In this document: positions 51,227 through 64,000 of the stretch, piece by piece
Numbering within the stretch: position 1 is the first letter of the stretch
How the letters are laid out: each line of letters opens with the position of its first letter
From: Octopus bimaculoides
Taxonomy: Eukaryota
DNA length: 64,000 nt
Assembly (NCBI RefSeq): GCF_001194135.2
Contig: NC_068984.1
Span: 127,235,226 to 127,299,225, forward strand
Direction of reading: 5' to 3'
Made by a program: the position numbers and the translations under genes
The notes under the pieces: generated by a model
Told to the model about the DNA's origin: nothing
Seen by the model: only the letters and a program-made list of their open reading frames with translations
Databases searched by the model: none

Positions 51227-54200
51227 CTGAAAAAAATTCATGAGTGCTTCTTCTGATTAAGCCACACACACACACATATAAAGAGAGAATGCAAGTCAGG
51301 CCATTTACTTGGCTTGCTGAGAGTAAAACTAAAAAAGATTTACAAAAACTTAGCTGTGATTTACATGCAACATTCTAACTGTGAATTGAATTGTTGTTTC
51401 AAAATAAATCCATGTTATAAACCTGTGCTGATAATAATTTGATTAGAGCAAAGACTAAACATCTTACATGGTCAACTTCTTCTACCTTACAAGTGTAATT
51501 TCAACTGACAATACATCAACACCAGTATGTTGAATATTTCTTAATACTTTTATAGGTGGTAAGTTTAGTTTTAGCGGGATGGCACAGGATTTTCACTGGA
51601 ACAAGAACTACACAACTACAGTTACAAAACAAGCGGTCTGTTGTGGTAGTAGTTAGAGAAGAGGCACAAAGCAATGGATAATTTAACCATGTGCCTAGTG
51701 ATAACAACTACTCCTCTCACAACCTCACCACAACTATCATCCAGTATTTTATTCATACATATTTTGCAAATCATGGAAAAAGAACTAAAAACAAAAAAAA
51801 GGTGACAATATCAGGGCAAACTGAACTCAGAACATGGAGGCAGCCGTGTACTTAGTGTGTGCCACCTGGGCCAGCTTTTGAGTTTGTTCCCGGACTCCCA
51901 AGCCTATTCATACTTATACAGAAGACCCAAGGTGCCATCCATATAAAATCATCACCTAGGGTAACTGCCAGCTATGCTACTGCATGAAAGCAACAAAATA
52001 GATACAATAAGGCCCCAGAACTGACTTTTGTTGTCCACAACAATACAATGTTGTGGTATATAAAACAGAACATATCAATGAATGAAACAGAAATTATTAA
52101 AAGACCTGATCAGAAACAAATTCTGGTGAAAACAAGGTATGCAGCTGCTTTTTTTAAAGTGTTACAACATGCAATAAAGCTGGCAGGGAGTGGCTAATGA
52201 CAGATCTTCAAGAGATTAAACTCTAGAACATGATGTTTGTTAGAAGTAAACAGTGTTTAAGGAAAATATAATCAATAATGCAGCACTTATTAGCAGACTT
52301 TTAAATATGTAGATATACATATCTGAGAAGTCTAATTGTACTGCATTTAGATCAGACTGCTCAAAAATATTTGAATTAGGAGAATTTCGTGATGATGATA
52401 GTGACAGCAGCATTAATAATATTAATAATAATAATGATGATGGTTTCAAGTTTTGACGCAAAGCCCGTAATTTCAGGGCTGGGGATAAGTCAATTACATC
52501 AACCTCAGTATTCAACAGGTACTTATCTTTATCAACCCTGAAGGGATGAAAGACAAAGTTGACCTTGGTGGAATTTGAACTCAGAATGTAAAGACAACTT
52601 AATGTCACCAAACATTTTGTCTGGTGCACTTAATGATTCTGCCAGCTCGCCACCTTAACCACTGCCTTAATAATGATACTTAATTCTAATATAGGCACAA
52701 AATCAAAAGTTTTGTCGGAGAGGTTTGTCAATTAAATTGACTTCCAATACTAGATTTTATTGACTTCAGAAAGAGGACAGGCAAAGTTGATCTCAGCAGG
52801 ATTTGAACTTGGACTGTTAAGAGCCAAAACAAATACAGTATGATACATTATTCGAAGCTCTAACGATTCTAGCAATTCACTACTTTAATAATAATTAGAG
52901 AAATAAATCATTTCTAAGATGAGCATAGGGCCACACTTTTTCAGGGCAGAGTACAAGGGCACTTGACTGACCCTATTGTTTAATTGATACTTTAATCTAC
53001 TCAAAAAAAAAAAAAAGAAAAGAAAGAAACGAAGTTGACACAATGCAAAACTGAACCCAGAATGTAAGTTATCATATCACTCACAAAGGTAGCTATTGTT
53101 ATACAGTTTCTCTCAGTCCAGTACCCTAGATGTTTAACATACAGGGGGCCACAAAACTTAAAGTAAGAAAATAAAAGATTATAACTAAACACTGCAAAGT
53201 TGACCCTGTCAAGCTACCCACTTTGGGAACAGGTTGCAGTCATTTAAATTGGCCCAGAACTTGACAGGTATGCATATTTATCTATTGATATTGTAAGAAT
53301 GAAAGGCAAATGTCGACCTTGGCAAGATGATGAACTCAGAACATAAAGGGACATAACTGCAACACACTTTGATAAATAATATTAATATTTCTACAAACAA
53401 AAATGATACACTTATGTATAAAGTAGCAAATATAACGGTTATATGAGGCGTTCATTCATTTGCAGACAGAATTTTTATTATTATTTGTTTATTTTATGAC
53501 AAAGTCTAAGGCGGAAAAGCAGCATCCATGACATTATTTTTGGGGCTCTAAGGCTGGTGAGGGAAAGTTACCTTCAGATTGGACTCTAATACCAGTAACA
53601 GAGCAGACTCCACTGAAGGTGCACCAGGCATTAAAATGAGCAATGGATATGGATTAGCCACACAAATGTAACAACTGCATCTGATAACTGAAACAAGATT
53701 TCCATTTTATGATTTCTGGGAAACTACTGTGAACTACTGCACGACTACAGTTCCAGTCATTATCAGAAATTCTGGATCAGTTTGAAGCAGGAAGACCATT
53801 CACAAGAAGTTAGTCTGGATGAATGTATCGATACTAGAGAAGTGATTAATTATAATAATTAACTATAATAATTAACTAAATCGCTTGTTAAGAATATAAA
53901 GCAAGGAATTTCACAGAAATGAGTAATTGATCTAACAATAAGCTTACAACAGAACATCAATGTAGTCACTCGACCTGCTAGAAATAGCAGCCAAATCTTC
54001 CTCAGGTTAGGTACTACAGTCTTAAAAACTGGGAAAGATATACTGGATAACATAGTTTTCAATACAGAAAATAATAGGCTGGTCATGGCTGGAATGCCTT
54101 TCATCATAGGTCTGCTTGATCAAGGCTGACTTGGGGTTAAACAACAAATATTAATGTAACAATAATTCTATATTAAATATAGATTTCTTCTAAAATAATT

Positions 54201-54576
54201 TCAAGCTTGCTTGCATGCACATTTGTTAACTAAAAGACTGAAGTTTCAATATGGGTCTCTTTAAGCTCCACTGCATTTAGAAGCACTTAACCTTACTCTT
54301 GTGCACTCACGCTCACACACACACACACATGCACACAGAGTTTGTATATCTAGTAATTTCACTAGCGTGAGTAGGCTAACGATGGTAGTGATGGTGGTCT
54401 ATGTCGGCATGAATTTATGGGAAAATATAAAAAATATAACCAGGTATATTGATTGGCAAATAACAACATTACCTGAAACTTTCATTATCTTTTCTCTTCA
54501 CACACCTGTTCCTTCCTCTTTACTATTATTTTTATTACCTATTTTTAGTTTGCATATATATATATATATATATATA

Positions 54577-55407
54577 NNNNNNNNNNNNNNNNNNNNNNNN
54601 NNNNNNNNNNNNNNNNNNNNNNNNNNNNNNNNNNNNNNNNNNNNNNNNNNNNNNNNNNNNNNNNNNNNNNNNNNNNNNNNNNNNNNNNNNNNNNNNNNNN
54701 NNNNNNNNNNNNNNNNNNNNNNNNNNNNNNNNNNNNNNNNNNNNNNNNNNNNNNNNNNNNNNNNNNNNNNNNNNNNNNNNNNNNNNNNNNNNNNNNNNNN
54801 NNNNNNNNNNNNNNNNNNNNNNNNNNNNNNNNNNNNNNNNNNNNNNNNNNNNNNNNNNNNNNNNNNNNNNNNNNNNNNNNNNNNNNNNNNNNNNNNNNNN
54901 NNNNNNNNNNNNNNNNNNNNNNNNNNNNNNNNNNNNNNNNNNNNNNNNNNNNNNNNNNNNNNNNNNNNNNNNNNNNNNNNNNNNNNNNNNNNNNNNNNNN
55001 NNNNNNNNNNNNNNNNNNNNNNNNNNNNNNNNNNNNNNNNNNNNNNNNNNNNNNNNNNNNNNNNNNNNNNNNNNNNNNNNNNNNNNNNNNNNNNNNNNNN
55101 NNNNNNNNNNNNNNNNNNNNNNNNNNNNNNNNNNNNNNNNNNNNNNNNNNNNNNNNNNNNNNNNNNNNNNNNNNNNNNNNNNNNNNNNNNNNNNNNNNNN
55201 NNNNNNNNNNNNNNNNNNNNNNNNNNNNNNNNNNNNNNNNNNNNNNNNNNNNNNNNNNNNNNNNNNNNNNNNNNNNNNNNNNNNNNNNNNNNNNNNNNNN
55301 NNNNNNNNNNNNNNNNNNNNNNNNNNNNNNNNNNNNNNNNNNNNNNNNNNNNNNNNNNNNNNNNNNNNNNNNNNNNNNNNNNNNNNNNNNNNNNNNNNNN
55401 NNNNNNN
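54577..55407. other. Assembly gap (N run); other gaps at 5619-5699, 15684-15961, 17840-17849 and 45479-45488
   Basis: N characters, mostly flanked by (TA)n. Confidence 1.
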
Positions 55408-55440
<33 letters not shown>

Positions 55441-57594
55441 TTTATTATCTATTTCTTGTTTGCACATATATATATATATATATATATATGTAAATGCTAC
55501 TAGCATTGCTACTGAGTCATTTAATTTGCTGCTAGGTCACAGTGTGATACTGAATCAATACTACAAATTGGGAAAAGATGATTTAGCATGGTGTGTGTGT
55601 GTGCACAGAGCTTTTTGAAGGAAATGGGTTTATATGGTTGGAGTAACTTTTGAAAAAGGTCACAAAACTACCAATCGAATGTAATGTTTAATTTGCCATC
55701 TCTGTGTTACCTCAAAGATAAATTATGTCCAATCAGAAACTATGTGTTTATAGAATAGAGCTAGGGACAGTCCAGTCAGTGTGTGTATGTGTGTGTTGTT
55801 TGAGGAAGGCTTGCCCAGACTGGTGAGGCCTATGTGGTTGATATTCAGCTTCAACTTGAGTTGGTTGATGTTTATAGGTAAAACATGGACATGAGGAGGT
55901 GGGGGTGTACAGAAAGTTGTAATTTGAGGCGAAGAAAGGATTGGGTGAAGAGTGTAAACCGGGTTAACAGAGGTTAATGCACAACAGCTACAGTGAGAGG
56001 AGAAGAAGTGTGTGTATGAAGTGAGTTTGGTGAGGGTTGGTACACAGCTACAATGACTGTAAGTAAAAAAAAATGTGTATGTGATGTGTGTATGTGTACA
56101 AGTGTCTGAGATCAAAAACCAAAAGTACCCAAATCTGATTCAAGAAATAAAACCATAGTTACAACATTTGATAAATAAACTCAAGAATTAATTGGTAAAA
56201 TAAACTACATGTTGTCTTTGGGTTTCTGATGGGAAAACTTTAAAAAAATTTGTATCTCAATAAATATAGAATTCCTTTACAATTTTATGTCAGCAACTTT
56301 TCAATTTCAATCAAGCATGGTGGAAAAATTATTATTAAATCCTGGGCCCTTTCATGTCATAATAGACTTTAGGGAGTATTTGAATATCTCGGTTAAAATA
56401 TCTCTACATCAGTTGCTATTTGGTATGGTTTGGCGAGTCTAATACAACTAGACCACAATGGTGAATTGATTCAATATCACATTATAATATACAAATTTCT
56501 ACAGGTCCTACAATCTTTATATTTGTCCTGACAACAACAAAAACAACAAAAATAAAGATTTATAAAAGATGTTTGTTGACAAAAACATTTTGAGCTTTCT
56601 CTACCTATTTTCAGGTTTTTTTTTTTTTTTTTCTACAAACCAGATTTAACTAAATATTAAGTCATCTCTGAAATATTTAGACCTCTAATCATTACACCAT
56701 TGTTTCCCAGACAGCTGGGTCATACAAATGTGCTGGTGAGTTTGCTCTATAATATTTCAGATGAATATTCATAAACAATATTTCACTAGATGAATATTTA
56801 TAAACAATATCTCACTTTATATAAGTAACAAAATTTTCAGTTGTTCAGGTCACAAAATAATGCAAATGAAAATTTGCTGTGAGGTTACTCCTGCTGATAA
56901 TCTAATTAAGGATGTAGGCAAGAGTCAGGAGACACACAGCAAATATTTTCATCAAAGACAGAATATAATTTATTATCAGCAAAGACACATAAAAACTGTT
57001 GCTTTCATTAACAGTTTTTATTGTAAGTTACAGTTTTGTTGTAATAAAGATTTCTAACAATGGTGCAAGGCCAAAGAAATAATATATCAAATTATATTTA
57101 TTCCAGTATTTGACTGGCACTTTTTTTGTTTTTTTTTTTACCAATCCTGGAAAGATGAAAGGTGAAGTTACCTTTGATGAGATTTGAACTTCAAATGTAA
57201 GGGAGACATGACTAAATACTGCAAAGTATTTTGTCTGTTGTCATTCTACTGATTCTTCAATCCATAGTTATAACAACTGTTTTCAGTGAACAGTCCCATA
57301 GTAATTTGAAGACTGCACCGCTGGGCATGTAGGAACAGATGCTACCAAAAGCGCCATGGGAGCATTCACTGCTATAATAATAATAATAATTATCATTATT
57401 AACATAAGCACAAAACCAGACATTTGGGAAAGGGGGACAGTTAAATTGACTCCAGTATTTGACTATTACATTATTGATTCCAGAAGGATGAAAGGCGAAG
57501 TTGGCCTCAATAAGATTTGAACTCAGAACATAAAGGGTTATATAGTTAAACATCACAAGATATTTTGTCTGATGCTCTAACAATTCTGCTAATC

Positions 57595-57627
<33 letters not shown>

Positions 57628-57987
57628 CTTTTCTACTATAGGCACATGGCCTGAAATTTGTGGGGAGGGAACTAATCGATTACATCGCCCCCAGTGTTAA
57701 CTGGTACTCAATTTATCTACCCTGAAAGGATGAAAGGCAAAGTTGACCTTGGCGGAATTTGAACTCAGAACGTAGCGGCAGACGAAATACTGTTAGGCAT
57801 TTCACCCAGCATGTTAACAACGCTGCCAGCTCGCCGCCTTCATAATAATAATAATCCTTTCTACTATAGGCACAAGGCCTGAAATTTTGGGGAGAGGGAT
57901 AGTCGATTACATCGATCCCAGGGCTCGACTGGTACTTATTTCACTGACCCCGAAAGGATGAAAGGCAAAGTTGACCTCAGCAGAATT

Positions 57988-58041
<54 letters not shown>

Positions 58042-58414
58042 GTTTCAAATTCTGCCACAAGGGCAGAAATTTTGGAGGAGGGGATGAGTCGATTATATCG
58101 ACCCCAGTGTTTAACTGGTACTTATTTTATCAACCTCAAAGTGATGAAAGGTAAAGTTGACCTTAGTGGAATTTGAATAATAATAATAACAATAATAATA
58201 ATAATCTTTTCTACTCTTGGCACAAGGCCTGAAATTTTTAGGGAGGGAGCCAGTCGATTAGATCGACCCAGTATGCAACTGGTACTTAATTTATCAACCC
58301 CCGAAAGGATGAAAGGCAAAGTCAACCTCAGCAGAATTTGAACTCAGAATGTAACGACAGATAAAATACCGCTAAGTATTTCGTCCTGCATGCTAATGAT
58401 TCTGCCGGCTCGCC

Positions 58415-58449
<35 letters not shown>

Positions 58450-58470
58450 AATAATAATAATATAACAATA
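57595..58470 (-). repeat. (AAT)n microsatellite array hosting four tandem family B SINE copies
   Basis: SINE copies at 57628-57840, 57856-57990, 58041-58176 and 58206-58414, each separated by (AAT)n. Confidence 0.85.
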
Positions 58471-59921
58471 ATGAAGAAGAAAACAGTAAGAACTATGTGT
58501 TGGCTTGCTAAATCAATGGAATGAAAACTATAAAATATGAGATATGCCTATGAGAACAGTATTAGAATTTTGGATGAGGACTGTGGCATGAGATGCTGTA
58601 CAGAATTGGATGCTGGGTCATCAACATCTAAGGCAGTTCCTAAGAAACAGCAGTTGAGACCATTTTGAAAGATACTTGAAACAACTTGTATGAGAATGAT
58701 GCCATAATATTGTGAAGAATCAGTGGTCATTAATCGTGGTGATGGGCTGGGGGATCAAAAAATGAAATATTGACAATGAAAGAATGATACATGAGATGAG
58801 TGGAGGAAAGCTGTGGATGTATTCTGTTGGTCGTCTCTAAGAGGGTTGTTTGGGTGGTGTTGGCAACAATCTGAGATCAAAGCTGTCAGCTTCAGTCAAG
58901 AAATCAATAGGATAAAGTGAAGGTTACAGAGAAATGAGGCCATTATAGGGAGCTATGGTACTGTGTTTTAAAGGAAGCCCTAAAAACAGTTTTCCATGAA
59001 GCTAAAAATTTAAAGGCAGACACACGACAGCTAAGCCCCGTTAAAGGTCCCATTGACACACCTTCACATCTGGGAACAATAATAGCTCTCAAGTGGATAG
59101 GAAGTCCTGGTTACATATGAAAATTATATTTTATATACACACATACAGCACTCAGACACACTTCTCGCTCGCCCAGTCACCTGCATGTGTATACCTCCCT
59201 CCCTCCCTCTCTTTCTTTCTTTCTTTCTTTCTCTCAAAGACACATACACACACACTGCTGATATGATTGTTTATTAAGAGAGATTTATCTAGACATGGCT
59301 TTATAAACAGTTAACACTGAGAGCTATGCAGAAACACTGGAGAAATATCACATTGCTACATGCAGTAAAACAGTGTTTTGGAATTTTATTAATTTTTTTT
59401 TTCTTTAGGATTTCAAATTACTTTTATGGAATCACAGATAAGATTGGTTTTATGGGAAGCAAAGAAAATGAAAAATAACCTTAGTACAACTGAAAAATAA
59501 CTTTAAATGTAATGTAAAAAAAAAAAAAGGAAACATAAAGAACAAAAAAACCATAACAAAAGAAAATGTTGGAATGTAAACATTGAAGTGAGCAGTAGCA
59601 GCAGTAGTAGCAGGTCCGAGATTGGCTACAGTTATAGAGTTGCAGCCTGGACAGGTAAGTGGACCAAGAAATAGCCATAAAGATATCAGGCACATGGTAA
59701 GTGGTTCACAACACCAGCGCACTGCCTGAGCAGTGAGAAAGTCTTTCAACAGCCACTTTTTAGTAGTATGTCAAATATCTACTGTCACTGCCAGACAGTA
59801 ATAGTTCCTTAGAATTGTATTTTCGGCACCAAGGAAGGTAGCAATCCAATCCCAAAGTAAAATGTTTTGTCAGTAGGTAGATTGTTTGTGACTGTTATGT
59901 TCCTTTGCCACCTTTCCTCAC

Positions 59922-60085
59922 CGTTAAAAGTTGTTCCCTCTCAAGAACATCGGCGCTGACGTAATCGTTGTCCCACTCGAGCTCAGCAGAGTTTGCAGGA
60001 CTGGTAGGATGTAACATTTCTTGAGCAGCTAGAGCAACAAGATTTTCTTCTGTGGCTGATCGAGGTGCTTTATGGGGTATAATTC
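59922..60085 (-). CDS. AP1AR: Exon of an AP-1 complex-associated regulatory protein (Gadkin)-like gene: GIIPHKAPRSATEENLVALAAQEMLHPTSPANSAELEWDNDYVSADVLEREQLLT
   Basis: Acceptor TTTTCTGTTTTCCAG|, donor ACG|GTGAGG. The peptide aligns with the recalled vertebrate AP1AR C-terminus (LPMRERSKTEEDILRAA...SNGLEWENDFVSAE). Upstream exons lie outside the window or were not found. Confidence 0.75.
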
Positions 60086-62049
60086 CTGGAAAACAGAAAA
60101 TAGATTGTATAGTAACAGAAAAGAAATAATAAAAATTCAAGATTAATACACAACTAAATCAACAACATTTAAATATTGGTTTCAAATTTTGATACAAGGC
60201 CAGCAATTTCAAGGGATGGAGTAAGTTGAAGGCAAAATTGATCTCAGTGGAATTTGACCTCAGGACATAAAGATGGATGAAATGCTGCTAAGTGTTTTGC
60301 TTGACATGCTACTGGTTCTGCCAGCTTGCTGCTTCACGACATTTAAATATTAAATCAAATTCAACATGGGGTGTATTGCACAATCTTTTCTATAACATAT
60401 AACTAAGGATTCAATTGCAAAGATTTATTTTCCTTCTTTATACGAAGCCAATTAATGTGCATTAAATTCTCTTCAGCATTTTATTAATACTAACTTTAAA
60501 TAAAATGTTAGAAAAAAGAAAAGTAGAAACAAATTTTCCAAAACATAAGACACCAAATGCTGGTTACAGCAAAACATGTATCTACAACATTGCTATGATG
60601 ATGAAGAGGAGAAGGAGGGCGAGGATAATAATAATTGCTTGTAGCATAAGTACAAGGCCAGAAATTCGGGGGGGGGGGGAGTTGATTAAATTGACCCTAG
60701 TACAGGACTGGTACTTATTTTATCGACCCTGGAAGGAGGTGTTAGTTGATTAAGCAAAGGTCATCTTGGAAGGATCTGAAATCTGAAATGTAAAGAAATG
60801 CTACGAGATATTTTGCTTGGCATTTTACTAATTCTGCCAATCCACCATTATTATTATTATTATTTCTGGTGGAGGGCTACTATAGATAGTTTCCAAAAAT
60901 CCTTGGCTTGGCAGTGTTTCCAAGGGGCACTACTAATAATGATGATTTCTTTTATTCACCACAGGAGCATCTGATGAGGGAGACATTACAAAGATAGTTT
61001 ACAATTTGTGTCGGGATTTACATAAAAAAGATAAAGGGGGAAAAAAATGGAGGGGAGAGACAGCTAGTTCATCCTCAACAACTAACTAGCCAGTCTGTTT
61101 CAGACATTATCAAGTCTGTGGGGAAGGGGACAGTTGATTTTATTGATCTCGGTATTGACAGGTACTTTATCAAACTCAAAAAGGTTGGAGGCAAAATTGA
61201 CCTCAGCAGGATTCAAAATCAGAATGCAACAATAATAATAATAATTCAAGCATGAGAATAAGCTTAACTTAGGGAAGACTACAACTGATCAGATTGACCC
61301 CATTGTTCTAATTTTATTAGCTCTGTAATGGTAAGATGCAAAATTGAGTGTAGTGAACTCAGAATTTAATAGTATGTAACTAAATATTACAAGGCAATTT
61401 TTTTTTCAGTGTCCTTGTGATCAGTTTCAACTGATATCACTCTAATAATTATAATACTAATAGTAATAAAAGTTTATATAGTTGCAATGAAAACATAAGT
61501 AAAGCTCTATGTAGATGAAACACAAAAACACTAATTTCGGAAGTGTTTTATTCAAGTGAAATGAAATACTGATTTCAAATTTTGGCACAAGGCCAGCAAT
61601 TTTGGGGGAGGTGTTAAGTCAATTACATTGACCATATTGCTCAACTGGTACTTATCTTATCAACCCTGAAAGGATGAAAGGCAAAGTCAATCAGAATGTA
61701 AATATGGATGAAATGCTGCTAAGCATTTTGCTTGGCCTGCTAATGAATCAGCCAGCTAACCACTTTAAGTGAAATGAAATATTAATTAATAGAAATAATA
61801 ATTAATAACAATATAATTCTCATATGGTTTAATCACATGCAGAAAGAAACCAAGACTTCTCACAATCAAGACTTCATACAGAAAAAATCAAGACTTCTCA
61901 GAAATCCCAACTGTCCAGAACATACAAAAAAATTGCCTTTTCTAAATTGTCAATCAACAAACAAACCAGTTAAATATTTTAAACTCACTACTTTCATAAA
62001 TGAAAAAAAATCCCCTCTCTATCCTGACTTTCCAAATCAAGTGGTACTG

Positions 62050-62630
62050 GAATAATACAATGGACATTTTGCAGGAAATGCAAACACTTGACTTCAAACA
62101 TTCAGCCTTGTCCTTCGTCCTACATCTCTATAACCACCAGAAGTAAAGACATTGCTTACTTTCTTTGTTAAGGAAAACGACAGAGCAATATTTACAGGAT
62201 GGCCAGTAGGTAACTTGATTTAGCCCAAACAATGCAGCATCTGTTCAACAAAAAGCCACTAAAATGCCAAGTCATTGACCCCTTAGTATGTTGTACCACA
62301 TCACAGATGTACTCTGCTGTTTATACTATTGGCCCAGTACAGCTTCCTGTGAACTGGAAGTGTTTCTTAGTACCATTCTCAGTTTAGGATTTCCATCACC
62401 TCCATAATACTTGACATGGCAGTCTTTAGAAAGGGTCTTCACAGCATATCAAAGTCAATGCTTAAAGCAACCTGCATATCCTTCACTAACTCTTGATAAA
62501 CTAATGAGAGTCATTGTCCCACTAATGGCACTGCCTGATTGATGTAATACTGAGGATACCTGACAACACTAGGTGCCCAGCCTCATCTGACACTTTATCC
62601 AAGATGGCAGCTCTATCAGGATTATCAGCT
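62050..62630 (-). mobile_element. Highly decayed CR1/L2-type LINE RT fragment
   Basis: Minus-strand remnants resembling xSIDFxKAFD and GVPQGSxLG, with many stops. Confidence 0.4.
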
Positions 62631-63119
62631 GAGTGAAAAGCTTTCTTTACAAAAGAAAGAATAATCATTCTTTCTGATTTAGGCACAAAGCCAGCAGTTT
62701 TGAGGGAAAGGGTTAGTCAATTACATCAATCCCAGTACTAGTTTTTTTATTTTATCATTTCTTTAGAGAAAAGTCCACGTGTGACATTGAGAGCATGAGT
62801 ATTTCTGGCCTCTATGTAATGCAAGCACAGATAATCCAGCAACTGCATCTGCAAATTCTTTGCAATAATAATAACAATAATGATAATAATGCTTTCAAAT
62901 TTTGGCACAAAGCCAGTAATTATGGAGGAGGGGTAAGTTGATTACATTGACCCCAGGACTCAACCGGTACTTATTTTATTGACCCAGAAAGGGATGAAAG
63001 GCAATGTTGACCTCATCGGAATTGGACAGATGAAATGCCACCAAACATTTTGCCTGGCATGCTAACAATTCTGTCAGCTCGCTACCCTAATAATAATGAT
63101 AATAATAATAACAATAACA

Positions 63120-64000
63120 CCTTAAAAGTAATGCTAACAAACTATCAAGAAAGGAAGGTGGCAGAAGATTACTAAACACAGCAGACACTATTTGTAGTGT
63201 GATACTGGGTTTCAAGAATTTTGTTGTGCAGAGTAACAATAGAAGACTGTTGACAGCTAGAGATACACAAAAAGTAACCGAAACAGTAGGAGAATTCAAA
63301 GAGAAGAGGATGAACAACAGAACAAGCAAATGGAAAGAAATAGAATTACATGGCCAATTCATGCCACAAACTGAGAATGTTGGTAGTAAAGAACACTGGC
63401 TCTGGCTAATGGATTGGAACTTGAAACAAAAGATCAAAACGCTAATTATAACTGTTCAGGAACAAGCCATTAAAACAAATCTGATAAAGGCAAAGATTGA
63501 CAAAACTCAGACAGCAAATGTAGAATTTGCAGTAAGGAAATGAAAATATTGATCACCTCTTGAATGAATGCAGTATACTAGCACAAAAGGAGTATAAATA
63601 GAGGCATGACTGTGTAGGTAAAAAAAAAGTCTAATGGAATGTTAGCTGAGTGTATGGCTTCAAAATAACACAAAAGCAGTATGAACACAAACCAAAGGCT
63701 GTGGTAGAAAATGAGAATTACAGGATCTTGTGGGAATCACCATAAAGACTGACTTCTTGAAGCAAGAAGACCAGATATGATTATTTAGAAGACAAAATAA
63801 AGAAACAGTGTAAGACCATAAATCTTGCAATTCCTAATGATAGCAGAATCAATACCATAGAAATTGAAAATAATTGAAAAATATCAGGATCTAGCCAGAG
63901 AACTGAGGAGACTGTGAAAGACTAAGACAATAATTATTCCTGTGGTAACTGGTTCACTTAGAATGCGACCTAAATGACTGAAAGATTGGAATTGAGACTC
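63120..64000 (+). mobile_element. 5'-truncated, decayed R4/Dong-type (RLE) non-LTR retrotransposon, C-terminal region; runs past the window edge
   Basis: LHGQF...QEQAIKT, CRIC (63519-63530)...HLLNEC zinc knuckle, RHD (63602-63610), RRPDMII (about 63765-63785), KYQDL (about 63879-63893), IPVVTGSL. Several frameshifts and stops. Confidence 0.8.

Noticed and set aside
54301-55506. 400-aa and 323-aa ORFs (also 15578-16059)
   Set aside because: They are artefacts of translating through N-gaps and (TA)n

Overview
AT-rich, repeat-dense eukaryotic (metazoan) genomic DNA with five N-gaps. The tRNA-derived SINE families and the microsatellite load suggest an octopus/coleoid cephalopod; this is inference. 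The main feature is a complete + strand peroxisomal ABC half-transporter gene of the ABCD1/ABCD2 (ALDP-like) type. I read 11 coding exons between 3028 and 44728, all GT-AG and phase-consistent, giving 2289 nt or 762 aa plus stop. It probably also has a 5'-UTR intron and a 3'-UTR intron. A convergent - strand gene contributes one clear exon (59922-60085) that resembles the C-terminus of AP1AR/Gadkin, with a likely long last exon ending near 47.8 kb. Introns and flanks hold many mobile elements: several SINE families, hAT MITEs with 8-bp TSDs, a TTAA-flanked MITE family, a Chapaev-like DNA transposon remnant, Penelope GIY-YIG, RTE and CR1-like RT remnants, a Helitron-like non-autonomous element, and an R4/Dong-type RLE retrotransposon. 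The most notable non-coding finds are a type I hammerhead ribozyme motif on the sense strand of ABCD intron 1 (15977-16051) and two long fold-back palindromes in the same intron. No true tRNA, rRNA or CRISPR array was found. All calls were made by eye, without database searches.
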